Assembly: GCA_051294375.1 (NCBI GenBank)
Contig: CM119266.1
Location: forward strand, 12,129,180-12,193,179
Reading direction: 5' to 3'
Source of the DNA: Paraspadella gotoi
Lineage: Eukaryota > Animalia > Chaetognatha
DNA: 64,000 nucleotides
Shown: positions 14,375 through 27,997 of the stretch, in pieces
Numbering within the stretch: the stretch's first letter is position 1
Layout: each line of letters starts with the position of its first letter
Notes under the pieces: generated by a model
Databases searched by the model: none
Seen by the model: the letters and a program-made list of their open reading frames with translations, nothing else
What the model was told of the DNA's origin: nothing
Made by a program: the position numbers and the translations under genes

Positions 14375-16443
14375 CTCGCGGAAAAAGATTTGTTTAAATA
14401 AATTGTCTCTTTCCGCGTTAATCTAGCGTCGGTCTGTCAATAATCCTCAGTCGTCATCAGCGTCGACGCAATCCTCATAACATAGCCTTATGTCTTTGCC
14501 TTACCTGTCTTCATCCCATAGCGCGGTGATGCGATCTCCTGTAGAAAAATTATTTTATTTTTAGTCGTCCTTTCAGTTTCGGTTTTCTTTGCATCGAGTT
14601 CTGACGGGGTTGCCATGGAAGTTTGTTGTATTTGTCTACCTTATGAAACAAATCAAATTTATCAAACTACGGCACAAACGGTTTATGATGGATTAAAACA
14701 TCTGTAAAATCCCAACGTCAACTACAAAATAAGTGAGAAATTTTGCAAAAAATGTAAAGATGCAGGATGATGACTTGCTAATTTTTTACGTCAACACAGT
14801 TTTTGTGACTGAAATCCTTAGAATAAATGAAATGTAAGGATAGAACAATGTCCTCACGCAATAACCATCCAGACTGTCAAACTTTCTGACGCGGCCAAAA
14901 GTCGGCAGAACATGGCAGCATTTCCAATGGGCGCGGATCCGCATAGCCATAATGGCATCTTCCCTGGACACTTTGAGAAAGGTCTTGCCGTATGCCAGAA
15001 AATGAATCTTTTAATAAATTTCGTATTATCTTACATTTCCTCGACATGTATACCATTTTACACATGTCATTATGAGTTCTGTATTACCGCCATACCAAAC
15101 GATTTATTTAAAATTCATCCCAAAAGCAGCGCCGGACCTCCCTGTGAATTAACGTACATTGACGCGTGTAATAACTACATAACTGTACTAAACTTCACGT
15201 ATATCAATTTAGCTTGTTCTGTAATAAGTCGAATTAGATCAGAGCCTCTCGCAACGCCAGCAGGACCCCAGATTCCAATACCTCAACAAGAATCCTGTTT
15301 CCCTTCACTTCATGATTCGCTTCAAATTCTTACGTCACAGGCACAATTCTTCTTTACTTTATTTCTTTTTTTGCATTCTCTATCTCGGACATAAAATGGC
15401 GGCAAGGAACGTCGACGAACGATAACCACACTATCTCGCGGAAAAAAGATTTGTTTTTAATAAATTGGTCTCTCCGGTTAATTGCGTCGGTTGTCAATAA
15501 TCCTCGTCGTCATCAGCGTCGACGCATCCTCATCATCCTTATGTTCTTTGCCTTCCTTCTTCATCCATGCGGTGATGCGTCTCTGTAGAAAAATTAATTT
15601 TTAGTCGTCCTTTCAGTTTTCGGTTTTCTTTGCATCGAGGTTTGACGGGGTTGCCTGGAAGTTGTTAGTAATTTCGTCTACCAATTTATGAAACAATCAA
15701 ATTTATCAAACTACGGCACAAAAACGGTTTATGATGGATATAAAAAACATCTGTAAAATCCAACGTCAACTACAAATAGTGAGAAATTTTTGCAAAAATT
15801 AAGATGAAGGATGATGACTGCTAATTTTTGACGGCACAGTTTTTGTGACTGAAATCCCCTTGATTAATGAAAATGTAGGATAGAAAAGCAGAATGTCTCA
15901 CGCATCCAATCCAGAACTGTCAACTTTCTGACGGCGGCAAAAGTGGCAGGAATGGCAGCATTTCCAATGGGCGCGGTCGCAATAGCATATGGCATCTTCC
16001 CTGGACACTTTGAGAAGGTCTTGGTTGCCGAAAATGAATTATTTTAATAAATTGTATTATCTTAACATTTTCTGACATGTATAACCATTTTCATGTCATT
16101 ATGGTTCTGTTTACCCATCCAAACGATTTTTTAAATTCAGTCCCAAAAGAGCCGGACCTCCCTGTGATTACGTACATTGCGCGATGTATATAATACTTGT
16201 ACTAAACTTCACGTTATATCAATTTAGTTGTTCTCGTAAATATACGAATTAGATCAGAGCCTCTCGCACGCAGAGGACCCAGACTTCCAATCCTCAACAA
16301 GAAATCTTGTTTCCTTCTTCATTGATTCGCTTCAATTCTTCGTCACGACAATTTTCTTTCTTTTTTTTTCTTTTTTTGCCTTCTTCTTCTTCGGACATAA
16401 AATGGCGGCAAGGACGTCGCGAACGATAACCCCTATCGCCACT
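14375..16443 (+). repeat. Tandem ~1.05-kb duplication (14375-15434 and 15435-16443)
   Basis: Both copies start ctcgcggaaaaag and end cggacataaaatggcggcaagga...cgaacgataac. Each copy carries its own insertion-type differences. Confidence 0.9.
15500..16398 (-). pseudogene. Possible degraded or error-ridden coding segment of unknown product (weak Pif1/SF1B helicase-like motifs); second copy at ~14440-15392
   Basis: Higher-complexity sequence than its surroundings. ATG at 16398-16396 follows gccgccatttt. A by-eye consensus of the two copies gives long open stretches including ATAPIGNAA (15980-15954) and QLPGNPVK (15664-15641). Frames break repeatedly. Confidence 0.25.
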
Positions 16444-16633
16444 NNNNNNNNNNNNNNNNNNNNNNNNNNNNNNNNNNNNNNNNNNNNNNNNNNNNNNNNN
16501 NNNNNNNNNNNNNNNNNNNNNNNNNNNNNNNNNNNNNNNNNNNNNNNNNNNNNNNNNNNNNNNNNNNNNNNNNNNNNNNNNNNNNNNNNNNNNNNNNNNN
16601 NNNNNNNNNNNNNNNNNNNNNNNNNNNNNNNNN

Positions 16634-16668
<35 letters not shown>

Positions 16669-17862
16669 AGTTAAAATAGTATGTATATAACAAGGACGAA
16701 TCAAAGAAAAGACTAAAGACTAATGACGTACAAACTACTCTTCCTGTTCTTCAACAACGACGACAACAACAACAACAATATCAACAACGATAACGAACGA
16801 ACGAACGGGCGACGTCGGTGAAACGACCGGTCATGATTCAAATAAGAAGATAAATGTTGTTTGCGCTTTTGTTTCGAAATTGTTTTCCTCCTCTATTTTT
16901 TTCATTTTTTTCCTTTCTTTCTTTTTTTCTCGGCGCTGCTTTTTTTTCGCCGCGTCACGTGATCCAACCCGGCGCTGAAAATGGAATCCGGCGCTCGCGC
17001 GAGGAGGACGAAGTCGACAGCGGCGCCGGAAACGGAAGGTCGGCGGCGCCAGGGGGAAAGGCGCGAAACGACGCCAGTTTTCGAAACAGTAAAGACGCGT
17101 TTTGTTGTGCAGAAAAAAAAAATTGTTGTCTGTGTGTGGAGAAGGGGGGCGGGGCGTGGTGCTGGTTTTGAATAAAAGAGGAATCACACTTCTGAATCTC
17201 CGCCGAATTTTTATTTTTATTTGGGGTCGTAGTTAAATCGTTGAAGTAAAACAAGCTTAAGATTTGATTATTGTTATTGAGCGAGGATAGTCATTCGTTG
17301 TCGTCGTTGTCCTTCTTATCGCACTGCTCTCTCCCGCCACGAAGATCATTTCTATATTTATATCGATTTTTGGTTGTTTTTTTCTTAAATTTTATATAAA
17401 TCTTTTGTTTTTCTTTATTTCGCGGACGTCGACCGACTCGACCGACTGTCGGTCATTGACATCAAATCGTCGTCGTCATTCTCNNNNNNNNNNNNNNNNN
17501 NNNNNNNNNNNNNNNNNNNNNNNNNNNNNNNNNNNNNNNNNNNNNNNNNNNNNNNNNNNNNNNNNNNNNNNNNNNNNNNNNNNNNNNNNNNNNNNNNNNN
17601 NNNNNNNNNNNNNNNNNNNNNNNNNNNNNNNNNNNNNNNNNNNNNNNNNNNNNNNNNNNNNNNNNNNNNNNNNNNNNNNNNNNNNNNNNNNNNNNNNNNN
17701 NNNNNNNNNNNNNNNNNNNNNNNNNTTTTCCGCTTTTTACTCCTTCCATTTTCCTTTCCTCCCATCCCTCGCTTTCTCTCTCCCCATCGCAAGACGCTGA
17801 CCTTCGCATGGGGCGAGTCTCTGGGCTCCAGCGATTTTTCACTGAGTCCTCTGGGAATCGCC

Positions 17863-18051
17863 GTCTGTCGGGCGAGGCGCCCATAGAGGTTTCATCTATT
17901 GAGCCGGCTGCGGGGCATGGCGCCTATTTAAGTGTCATCTGTTGAGCGGGTTTTCGGGCATGGCGCCTATGGAGGTTTGATCTATTGAGCCGGCTGTGGT
18001 GTATGGGGCCCATAAAGGTTTGATCTCTTGAGCTGGCTGTCGGGCATGGCC
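17863..18051. repeat. 43-bp minisatellite, ~4.4 copies
   Basis: Units start at 17880, 17923, 17966 and 18009; consensus about cccatagaggtttgatctattgagccggctgtcgggcatggcg. Confidence 0.9.
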
Positions 18052-18830
18052 ACATATCTTTCAGTTGGATACATTGGTAATTGTATTGAGCTGGCTCGGT
18101 TTACATCTTTTAATATTTCTCGCAGTTCACATGGTATTAATTTAATCTATCGAGTCATTGTTGGCGTTGCTATGTCTCCAGGGTTCGATGCTCTGGCCCT
18201 CTTCAGTTCCTCCTACTACGCCGTCTGTCGGAGAAGTCGACGACGTGATTTTTTATCAATGTCGCCCACGGGTAAAAATGGACGCAATGGAGGTTTCTAT
18301 TATGATATCCAATTTTAGATCCAAGATTAGAATACTTTTTTTAATTTAAGTTCGCCTTTCTCTTTTTTTTTTTTAATTTTCAATTTCGATATCAATTTTC
18401 AATTTCGTTTTTTAATTTCGTCATTTTTTTCATTTTCACATTGATTCGGCTGACTTCAATGACATTTTCTGTTACTGTGACAGACTGACAATGTCGTGCG
18501 TTTCTTATCGTTGAATCAATATACTAATAAGTTAAATCTTAATTTCCTTAATAACCTTATTAAGGATACACATTAATATCGTACGTATAGTTAAAACGAA
18601 CCAGATGAACTTATATATTCACGTTCGTATATTGCGCGATATCTTTTGTTTTTATTTGAAGCGTATTCGTCTCATTCTCGTTTCGCAACAACAAAGCGAC
18701 GGCTATTGCGTAGATGTCGTTGTTATTGTTTTTGTTTCCATGGCGATGGTCGGCGCTGATGTTCTATCGTGATTCAATTGACCGAGAGAAGGGGTCATGT
18801 TTATGAGGTTTTTAACTCCTTTCTCTCGTT

Positions 18831-18932
<102 letters not shown>

Positions 18933-19494
18933 TTTTTTTCTTTTTTCTTTTTTCTTTATTTCCTTCTTTCTATCTTTCTTTCTCTCTTTCTTTATGTATT
19001 TCTTTCTCTCTCTCTAACTTTTTTCTTTTTTTCTTGTCTTCTCTTTCTTTTCTCTCATGTTACAAGATCTCTTGTCTGTCTGTTGTCCATATCTTTTCCT
19101 CCGCTTTCACCTTTGGCGCTGAATTTCCGCCCTCGTCTCAGTCTGGGGGTCAAAGGTCGACTCTCACTTCCGTGCGAAACTCACTTACGGTTCACCTCTC
19201 ACTTTGGATCACCCGCCTCAACCTATAACCCATTGTCCCCTTAAAACCTCTTGAGGTCTGGAAATATTCCGAATTCTCGAAACCTCCTCACCTTCATTCT
19301 TTTCACAACTCCTCACCTCACACGACCTTCAAACCTTCTCACTCCACCAATTCACTATCCTCTGAAACCCCTTCGATTTACATCTCCCTCACTACGGTTA
19401 AAATACCCCCATCGCTCGTTCAATATGGTGAAGCGGCAAACTTCCCGTCTCATTGGCGCACGCCCTTTCTTTTCTCTCTCTCTCTCTCTTCAGC

Positions 19495-19601
<107 letters not shown>

Positions 19602-19677
19602 CGGCGTCTCTCTCTCTATGAGTTCGGCCCTATATATTGGTCGTCCTCCGACTCTGGCCTCCCTCTCTCCTCTCTCT

Positions 19678-19717
<40 letters not shown>

Positions 19718-20465
19718 TGCCTTTCACAAACATTTCGACTCTTCTTTCCATCGCTTTTCACTTCCGGTCGCCACTCGTCCCTCGATCTCTGCCACGCCCT
19801 CGATCGGTCGGTCGTTCTAACCTCAAAAATCCCCTTGTTGACCCTTTTCGAATTGGTGTTAATTTTGTTTTACTTTTTGTTCGGGAAAATATTATTTTCA
19901 AATTTCTTCGTTTTACATCTTTTTCCTTTTATTCTATTCAATACATTCTCCCTGTTAGGATCTCTCGTCGAATCCTGGATGAGTTTCGCAACTTTCTTCA
20001 TAACTTTTACTCTTTTCTATTGTTCTCGTATTTTTATTCTTTCTTCCTCTTCACCTCCGCTTCCTCATACTTTCTTTCATTCTTCTTTCTTCTCCCTTTT
20101 ATTTCCTCTCCTCTTTTTCTTTCCCTTCTCGCTTCGGTCTTTTAACTCGGAAATAATCGAATCGCCATCGCCGTTAGATGTCTTTAATGTAATTTGCATA
20201 AAGAAACAATTAAATAGGCGTTAATTTTCCGCGAGATCTTTGGAAACTATGAGAAAATAGTCTTTAAAAAATTCACGTCCGTTTGAGCGAAAAACGTTTT
20301 AAAACAGTTTTTTATAAAATATATCCCGGAGTGTTTTTGATAAATACGGAATAAATATGAATGTCTCGTTACGTTTGCTAATGGGACTTAAATCTTATAC
20401 CAATGTAATTTTCCTTATGCGTCGCTTTTCGGTCGTTATCTCCTCCTCTCTCTCTCTCTCCTCTC

Positions 20466-20530
<65 letters not shown>

Positions 20531-20697
20531 CGTTCTTCCTCTCTTTTTCCCGCGGCTTCCGCGTCTCTTACCCATTTTTCTTTTTCCCTTCCTTTCTCGC
20601 GCCGTAATGGAGGTGGTTCCCCTGAATTATTCAAAACCTCTTATGGTAGGAAAGTGAACACGGTTCTTTAATTGAGAGAGAGTGATAAAAGGGGAAA

Positions 20698-20750
<53 letters not shown>

Positions 20751-20896
20751 TAACAAAAAAGAAACAAAGAGCAACAAGCAGATCGTCCATTCAGCGTTGT
20801 ATTATGGTCGTTCAATGAAAGGCATTATCGCCGCGCGCTTAAATATGTTATGATTCATAGTAAAAAGGGATTAGGATCGTCTCTTGAGGGACGCGA

Positions 20897-20962
20897 GCGG
20901 CGCCGCGGCCCGAGAACTTGGCGGCGCCGCGGCCCGAGAACGGCGGCGCCGCGGACTGAGAC
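20897..20962. repeat. GC-rich ~23-bp tandem repeat x3 with palindromic core GCGGCGCCGC
   Basis: gcggcgccgcggcccgagaac(tt)g is repeated; the third copy is degenerate. Confidence 0.85.
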
Positions 20963-21015
20963 GAGGGCCGCCGGTTTTTTTTTTTTCCGCGGTCGCTAGG
21001 CGATTTCAATCCTTT

Positions 21016-23920
21016 CCTCTTTGATCGCCTTTTGTCGCGTAGCAGTAGGCGAAGCGGCCAGACCGCTTTTGTCGCAAAGTCACCGGATGTGCAGCGGATG
21101 GCCAGACGGGGGGGGGAAGAGGGAGTGAGAGGGATGTAATTAGTCGTGGAGATGGAATGAGCTCTCCAGAATATAATAAGCCCGCGGGAATGTACTGTAA
21201 GCTTAAAAAAATTGCTAGAAAATAATAATAGTAGGTTAGTCATAACAAAACATAACATAACATAACATAACATAAAAATTACCTGATGCTCATGAAAATA
21301 CGACGTACTTCTTACTTAAAGCCCCAACGTTTTCCGTCAATGGCGCAGCGGCCAATTTTTTTTCACGCCAAGACTTTCAACATAAAATCAAACAAACACT
21401 TCCTTAATCCGTTTGCGTCATCATTTACAACCGATATTACATTTTAACCTCATCCTATCCCAACCGCTTATCATTCTCTCATCTCTATCCGTTCTCTCTC
21501 CGTCCTTAGTTCATCCTCTCCATCTCTATATCTCACTCATTTCCGCTCAGAGTCTCCTTAAATCCTGCTCTATTCATCCCTCGCATCTTTTTTCATCCTC
21601 TCTACAACCCATTAATTTGAAAAGGACGGGAGATCCTCATTCTTTTTCTCTCTCTCCTTTTTTAACTAATGTCTAAGAGAACTCCCTTCTCTCTCTCTCT
21701 TCCTTTTTTGATTCTGAATTCTCCACTCTCCAAGCTACTCGCTAACTTTTTTCCTGAATTTTTTTTTTCTCGGTTTTTTGTTTTTTTTTCTTTTTATTCT
21801 CATTTCTGCCCTGGATATTTTTTTTAAACTCTTTTTACATTTCGATTTAATTTTACAAAAAACTCTTGTTTCTGCCTAGAACCAAGATGCGTATACTGTA
21901 CTGTTTAGTTCATTTTACAGATTACAGTGGTGGTAGTTTATATGGCTAAGTTTAATTTTTTTATTATCAGTTATCGTTTTAGGCTTGACTTATTTTCCCG
22001 ATTGTTCCGACGTCTTGCTTATCTAATGATGTTCAATATACTATTATAACAGAATAATTATGAAATAATTCTTCTTTACTTAGTCTTGATACTCAATTTC
22101 ATTGAAAATGAGTATGGATATATGACAACTCTTCTCGTATCCTTATTTTAAAATCCTTGCAATTGAAGCAACTGCTAACGCTCGACTAAACCAATCAAAA
22201 TCAAAACCATCCTTAATTCATGAATGAAACGAATCATTTAGCTAAGATCTTCTTATTCGATTATTTTGTGTTCCATTACTATTTTTAAATTAAAATCCCC
22301 CCCCTCCTAATCATAATTATCATGCAAAAAAAAACAACAAATTATTGCTGTATTTTCTTTTCTACAAATATCTTACTCTTTCGAATTCCAACGCCTCACT
22401 TGACTCAATTCATCCATTTCCTTTTCCCCCTTCTCTGCTCCTTTTTTTCCTTTTTCCTCCCTTAATCTCTTCCCCATCGCTTTTCCTCACTGCTTCTTTC
22501 TTCCTCCGTCCATTTCATCTTATCTTCCCGGACTCGTAACCTTTTACAGCGGCTCAGACTCGAACTCCTCGTTCAATCTGCTCAACCTTGAATCTTGATA
22601 TTTTTTTCCCGCGACCCATAGCGACAAGAAACGAGTAAAAAAAATGAACGACTCGCGCGAGAGTTCCAAATCTTCTCTCTCTCATCTTCCTCTCTTCATC
22701 TCTCTCTCTCTCCTCGTCTCTCTCTCGGCTCTCTTTCTCTCTCTCTCTCTCTTCATAGCAGAATAATCAAGTGTGGTTTTATCTAATTTGTTGACGAGGC
22801 TGTTCCCAAAATTCTAAAGAACTTGTTCTTCTTCCAAGTTTCTCCTTCTTTGCTGTTCTTTTTGCTTTTTCTCCTTCGCAAAAGACATATTCTATACTGA
22901 CTCCTTCCTAAAAGAACTGTTTTCTTTCCGTTATTCCTTCGTAATAAACTGTTCTTTTCCTCTTTTTTTCTCGCCTGAGTTGCCTTCCGTTATCATGTTG
23001 TTTGTAATGTTTTCAAACGATTCGTCGATCGTTTTGGTTTCTCCTCTACTTTCCTTTCCTCGCGAAGAGATTTTTCTAAGACCGATAAATTCCGATCGCA
23101 TTCCACTTCCTCTTCTTTGTTTTTTTTTTTTTTTTTTTTTTGGCTTTTTTTGTTTTGCGCCCGCGGAGCACTGTATAAGTCATTTTTCGGTTCGTCGGTA
23201 TATCTGGTCCAGCTGTCTGTCCGACTTACGTTGAAAATGCTTATATTGGTATTGTATGTATTATTCATACAGCAGGTCCGAGACCATGGGCCACAAGTGG
23301 TTAACAAAAATAAAAAGCAAAAACAGAGAATTCAAGCCAGATTTCCAGTGAACTTGCATATAGTTGGTTGCTCATTTGTTAAGACAGGACAAAACCCTCA
23401 AATCTTAGAAACTGCCTACACCGCCTTAGGAAATAACAGACAAGACAAAATTCAGATGCTGCTTATCAGTAAATCAGTGAGCTAAGAAAGTTTGGTCGTC
23501 AGTATGTGTCATGTCATGTAATTCATGTTTAACAAAACCCCACTCATTGCGCGGCGCAACTTCATTACCGTTCTTGTTTTCTTTTATTTCTTTGTTTCTA
23601 TTTTTTTTCTTTTCTCCTTCTCTTTCTTTTCCCTTCGATGTTTTCCATTTTGCATTTCGATCTTTGTTTTAAATTCTTTTCCTGTGCGTCCCCTATAATT
23701 TCATTCCTCAATGTCATTAAAACCATTTTCTTCATTCAGCCTGTTTCCCGCCTTTTCAATTCATCATTTCTTCATTCTCCCTTTCTTTCTCCACCTTTGT
23801 TTTTTTCCTTCTTTCTTTCTTCCTCGACGAAACGATCAAAGGAACTCAACGACAAATCCGCTCTTCTCGTATGTCTTCTCCTCTCGCTCCTCTCTTCTTC
23901 CCACCCTCCTCTCTCTCTTC

Positions 23921-23976
<56 letters not shown>

Positions 23977-25457
23977 GCGTCATCTTCTCATGATGTTCGG
24001 CTTATATATTGGTCGTCCTCCGACTCTAAGGGCTTTCCTTTTTCTCTCACTCTCTCTCTTCTCTCTCTCGTTCTCTCTCCTCTCTCTCTCTCTCCTTATA
24101 CTGCTATAGGACCAGATCATATGCTAATAGAAAATCCGCCCTAACCGGCTTTAGAATAGATGGAAATATGTTAAAAAAAAGGAAGAAAATATTGTCTACA
24201 AATAAATGGACACGTCACAATATTTGCCAATTCTTTATCTTTTTTTTTTTCCTCAATACTCATTTTTTTCCTCATACTTCGTCGCAACATGTCTTTCCGT
24301 GAATCGTNNNNNNNNNNNNNNNNNNNNNNNNNACCGACCGACCGAACGGTCGAAAACAGGAAAACCCCGAAGAAAATGGTCCGTTGATCGAGCCCGGCGC
24401 GTTCCGAACGCAAGGTACCAGAAAAAGTTTGGTCTGGTCGCTCGAGCTCTTGTCAAGATTGCTGAGAAAGATGGGAAAGGAAAAGAAAGAAAAAGAAAAG
24501 GAAAAAGAAAGAAAAGAAATAAAAGGAAGGAAAGGAAAGAAGAAAATCGGGCGAAGAGGGAGCAACCAGGGAGTTACTGGGTAAATGGATTCGGTTAAGA
24601 AGGTTAAGAGAATAGAAGATAAAAATAAGTAGGCGTGGGGAAAATTACGCGGCGCGGTATAAAGGGCAAGCTCACCCGGTGTTAAAGGTAAGGTAAAATG
24701 GCTCTTGGGGGGAAAAGACGAGTAGCTAAAGGATTAGTTTGGGTTATGAGAGAAAAATGGCGAGGTAAAATTAACGGTGAGCTATGATTTATGTGTTCAC
24801 GAATATCCTAAAGTTGTAGTGCGATTTCGGAAGCATCTTCCTCCTTACTATTTCCCAGTATTTCTCTATTTACTACAAAAAAATTCGTGATTCTCCCGGA
24901 ATTGAATCGTCCATCAGGTCGAAGATCCTACTCACAATTGCCGTTGAGATAATTCCCTTGATTTTTTCCGATTTCTCGCAATCCATTTCTTATTCCCTTT
25001 TCTCCTTTATTTTCCTCTTCCTTTTTCCTCCTCCTCCTCTCATCACCCTTCTTCTTTCTCCATTTCAAACTCAGGTAACATCTCCGAGAATATCGCATTA
25101 AATAACCTTAACGATGGCATAAAACGCTTTTTTATGTTAAGTTGGTATGCTAATGTGTCAGCCGTGAATTTTGTTTCTTCGGAACGACGGGTTGCGTCAA
25201 CCCGTACGTATTCTTTGAAATAGAATGTGAGACGCTTCATGAAAACCTTACTTTATCATACTAAATTATTTAAAGGGTGTACTTACCTTGGAATTTCTCG
25301 CGAGACCCAAAAAGTGAGGAAACCCATTACCTCGACTCTGATGACGAGTTGAGTCGCGAAACTCGAAACGCAATAAAATTTCGGGATTCGCAAATTAGGA
25401 GCAAACGGGTTGAGAAACGCCTTCTTGGTTAAGTGTTGGCTTAAAGATATATATTTC

Positions 25458-25517
<60 letters not shown>

Positions 25518-26384
25518 AAGTAATTTCTGGATCTTCTTCTCTGTCATCAAAAGTTCTCTCGACTGTTCGAGTCAATTGGTTAGAATTGAGAGTTGAGGGT
25601 AAGGAGACTCTAAGGAGAGTGAAAAGGAAGTCAGATTAAAGTGAAGTTTATGGATCGAATCAAGATTGGAGAAAGAATTGGATTGAATACAATTGATTTG
25701 GGGAAAGAATTTTGTTTCGGATGGAAAAAAAAGCGCAATTCGCATGGAATGACAAAAATGTAGCACAAAGAAGAGGAGTCGACATTGGCATCCAGAGTTT
25801 GCTACAAAGCCCAGCGATAGTATGATAAATGTTAATTTCTAGTCTCAGAATGAAAGCTGGATGGAAAATCATCTCATGGACTGGTAAATAATTGAAAATG
25901 AAGTATCGAGATGAGTCTAACCGGAGAGAGAAAGACAAGGTTGTCATTCTTCATATTCCTTTTCATTTTCCTTTTTTTACCCCATGAGTCACAGATTCGC
26001 AAACCCTCCTCGCGACGACTTTCTCCCACGGCGCCCGGCCATCCCTTTTTCCCCCGGCGTTGCGGCGCCACTGAGCCTCTTTCCGTCCGGCGCCGGGAAA
26101 GAGTTTCCAACTTTCGCTCGGTTCCGCGCGTCGCGTCGAGACACTAAATCATTTCGCTTCCCTCCACTCGGGCGCCGGAACGAAACGGCGCCGGTCGTCT
26201 CTCGCGTTGCGGCGTTGGTTGGTCTTCAATTGCGATGCCAGTCGCGAATTGTTGCGGCGCCAGTCGCTTGTGGTTGCGGCTCCAGTCTTCTCCGGTTGCG
26301 GAGCCCATCGCATGACATCGCGAAGAACGTAAATCCTGAGAGAGGAACGTGATAAAATTTGAAGGAATGAGAGCGGGAGGCATT

Positions 26385-26425
<41 letters not shown>

Positions 26426-26612
26426 TCTCTCTCATCTCTCTCTCTCTCTCTTCTCATCTCCTCCTCTTCCGCTCCTCTCTCTCTAATTGTGACAAGCTCG
26501 TGAGTTGACAACCCGCGACAACTGCGAGACAACCTGGGCGTTTCACGATTAATCGTTAAAATCTTTTTCTCTTCGAAATCAATCTTCACTCCTTCTTTTA
26601 TCCGCAATTTAA

Positions 26613-26673
<61 letters not shown>

Positions 26674-27346
26674 GAGGGAGATGTAGAGATAGAGAGCAAG
26701 AGGGAGAAAAAACGTGACGCGTGAATCGGCGCGAGGCGAAAAGTCGGCGCGCGTGAAATCGTAAATACTTAATTCACACTCGCTTTTTGTTCACGCCTGA
26801 AAAAATTAAAATATCGGGGAAAGAGAACGGTCGTTGTACTGAGTGAGGTGAGGGGGTAAGTGAGACAAAAGATATGTTAAGGCAGTTTTGTTTGTTAGTG
26901 ACGAACTAAAATAAGGTATATGTAAGGTAAAGTAAGGTTTTCTAAACTTTTTACTTTTGTAATGGGTGATAAATGATACAGTAAACATTTGAACATTTGA
27001 ACATTTGAACAACGAAATTCAAATATTTTTCAAAAGTCAACCAAGTATTTTAATTTAAATGTTATGACCCGAATATCAATTTCCATTGGTACAAAAACTT
27101 TTAACTGCGTCTTGCAAAAAAATAAACAAGGATTACCAACTGAGGCGATGGCGCCGTCTTTTGTTTTTTTTTCCCGCCCACCGAATCGGCGAACGATATA
27201 TTCCGACGCCGCAGCCTTAAAAAGCCCCATTCCGGAGGCGACCTCTACCGGTCGCGAGTCATCGATAGGCGGGAGGCGAACCCAAAGCGCGGATATTTCA
27301 CGCTTTTTCTCTCAATATCAAACGCGCCGACGTAAATGGGAGGAGG

Positions 27347-27412
<66 letters not shown>

Positions 27413-27997
27413 GAGGTGAGTGAGAAGAAGAGAACCAGCTTGGAAAAAGAGACCCGAGCAAGGAGGAAGACAGAGAGCAATTAATTCGGCCAAAGACTCT
27501 CTCTTTTTCTCACTCTCTCTCTTTCTTTCTCTATCTGGTCTCTCTCTCTCTCTCTGTCGCGAACTACGGTTATGACCTCACCCCCTCTCCGTTCCCTGCG
27601 CTGCATAGCAAAAAGTGTTTTGGAGGGCCATTACCATATTCATCGTAGCGCGGCCTTCACAAAGTTTTAATATCGGACGCCGTCGACCCGAGATAACCGT
27701 CCACGCTTTATATCCCTTCGTCGCCCGTTGATCACTTATTTGCTTTTCTATTACAACTAATGTTATGTTATGACTAACCTACTTATTATTACTTTCTAGC
27801 AATTTTGAAGCTTACAGTACATTCTCGCGGGCTTGTTATATTCTGAAGAGCTCATTCCATCTCCCACGACTAATTACATCCCTCTCATCTCCCTCTTCCC
27901 CCCCCCCGTCTGCATCCGGCTGCACATCCCGGTGACTTTGCGACAAAAGCGGTCGGCCGCTTTGCCTACTGCTACGCGACAAAAGGCGATCAAGAGG
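21016..27997. repeat. Inverted copy pair: 21016-21260 vs 27760-27997
   Basis: cctcttgatcgccttttgtcgcgtagcagtagg...taggttagtcataaca recurs reverse-complemented next to the large gap at 27998. Confidence 0.85.
21241..21275. repeat. (CATAA)n pentanucleotide repeat
   Basis: Directly visible. Confidence 0.85.

Noticed and set aside
14912-15394. 160-aa plus-strand ORF (MAAFPMGADPH...)
   Set aside because: The frame is not preserved in the second copy, and its composition fits an antisense or error-derived reading.
23240-23500. LINE 3' end with a (CAATA)n tail on the minus strand (also ~30405-30660)
   Set aside because: The tail is only about three units and no ORF2-like peptide was recognisable.
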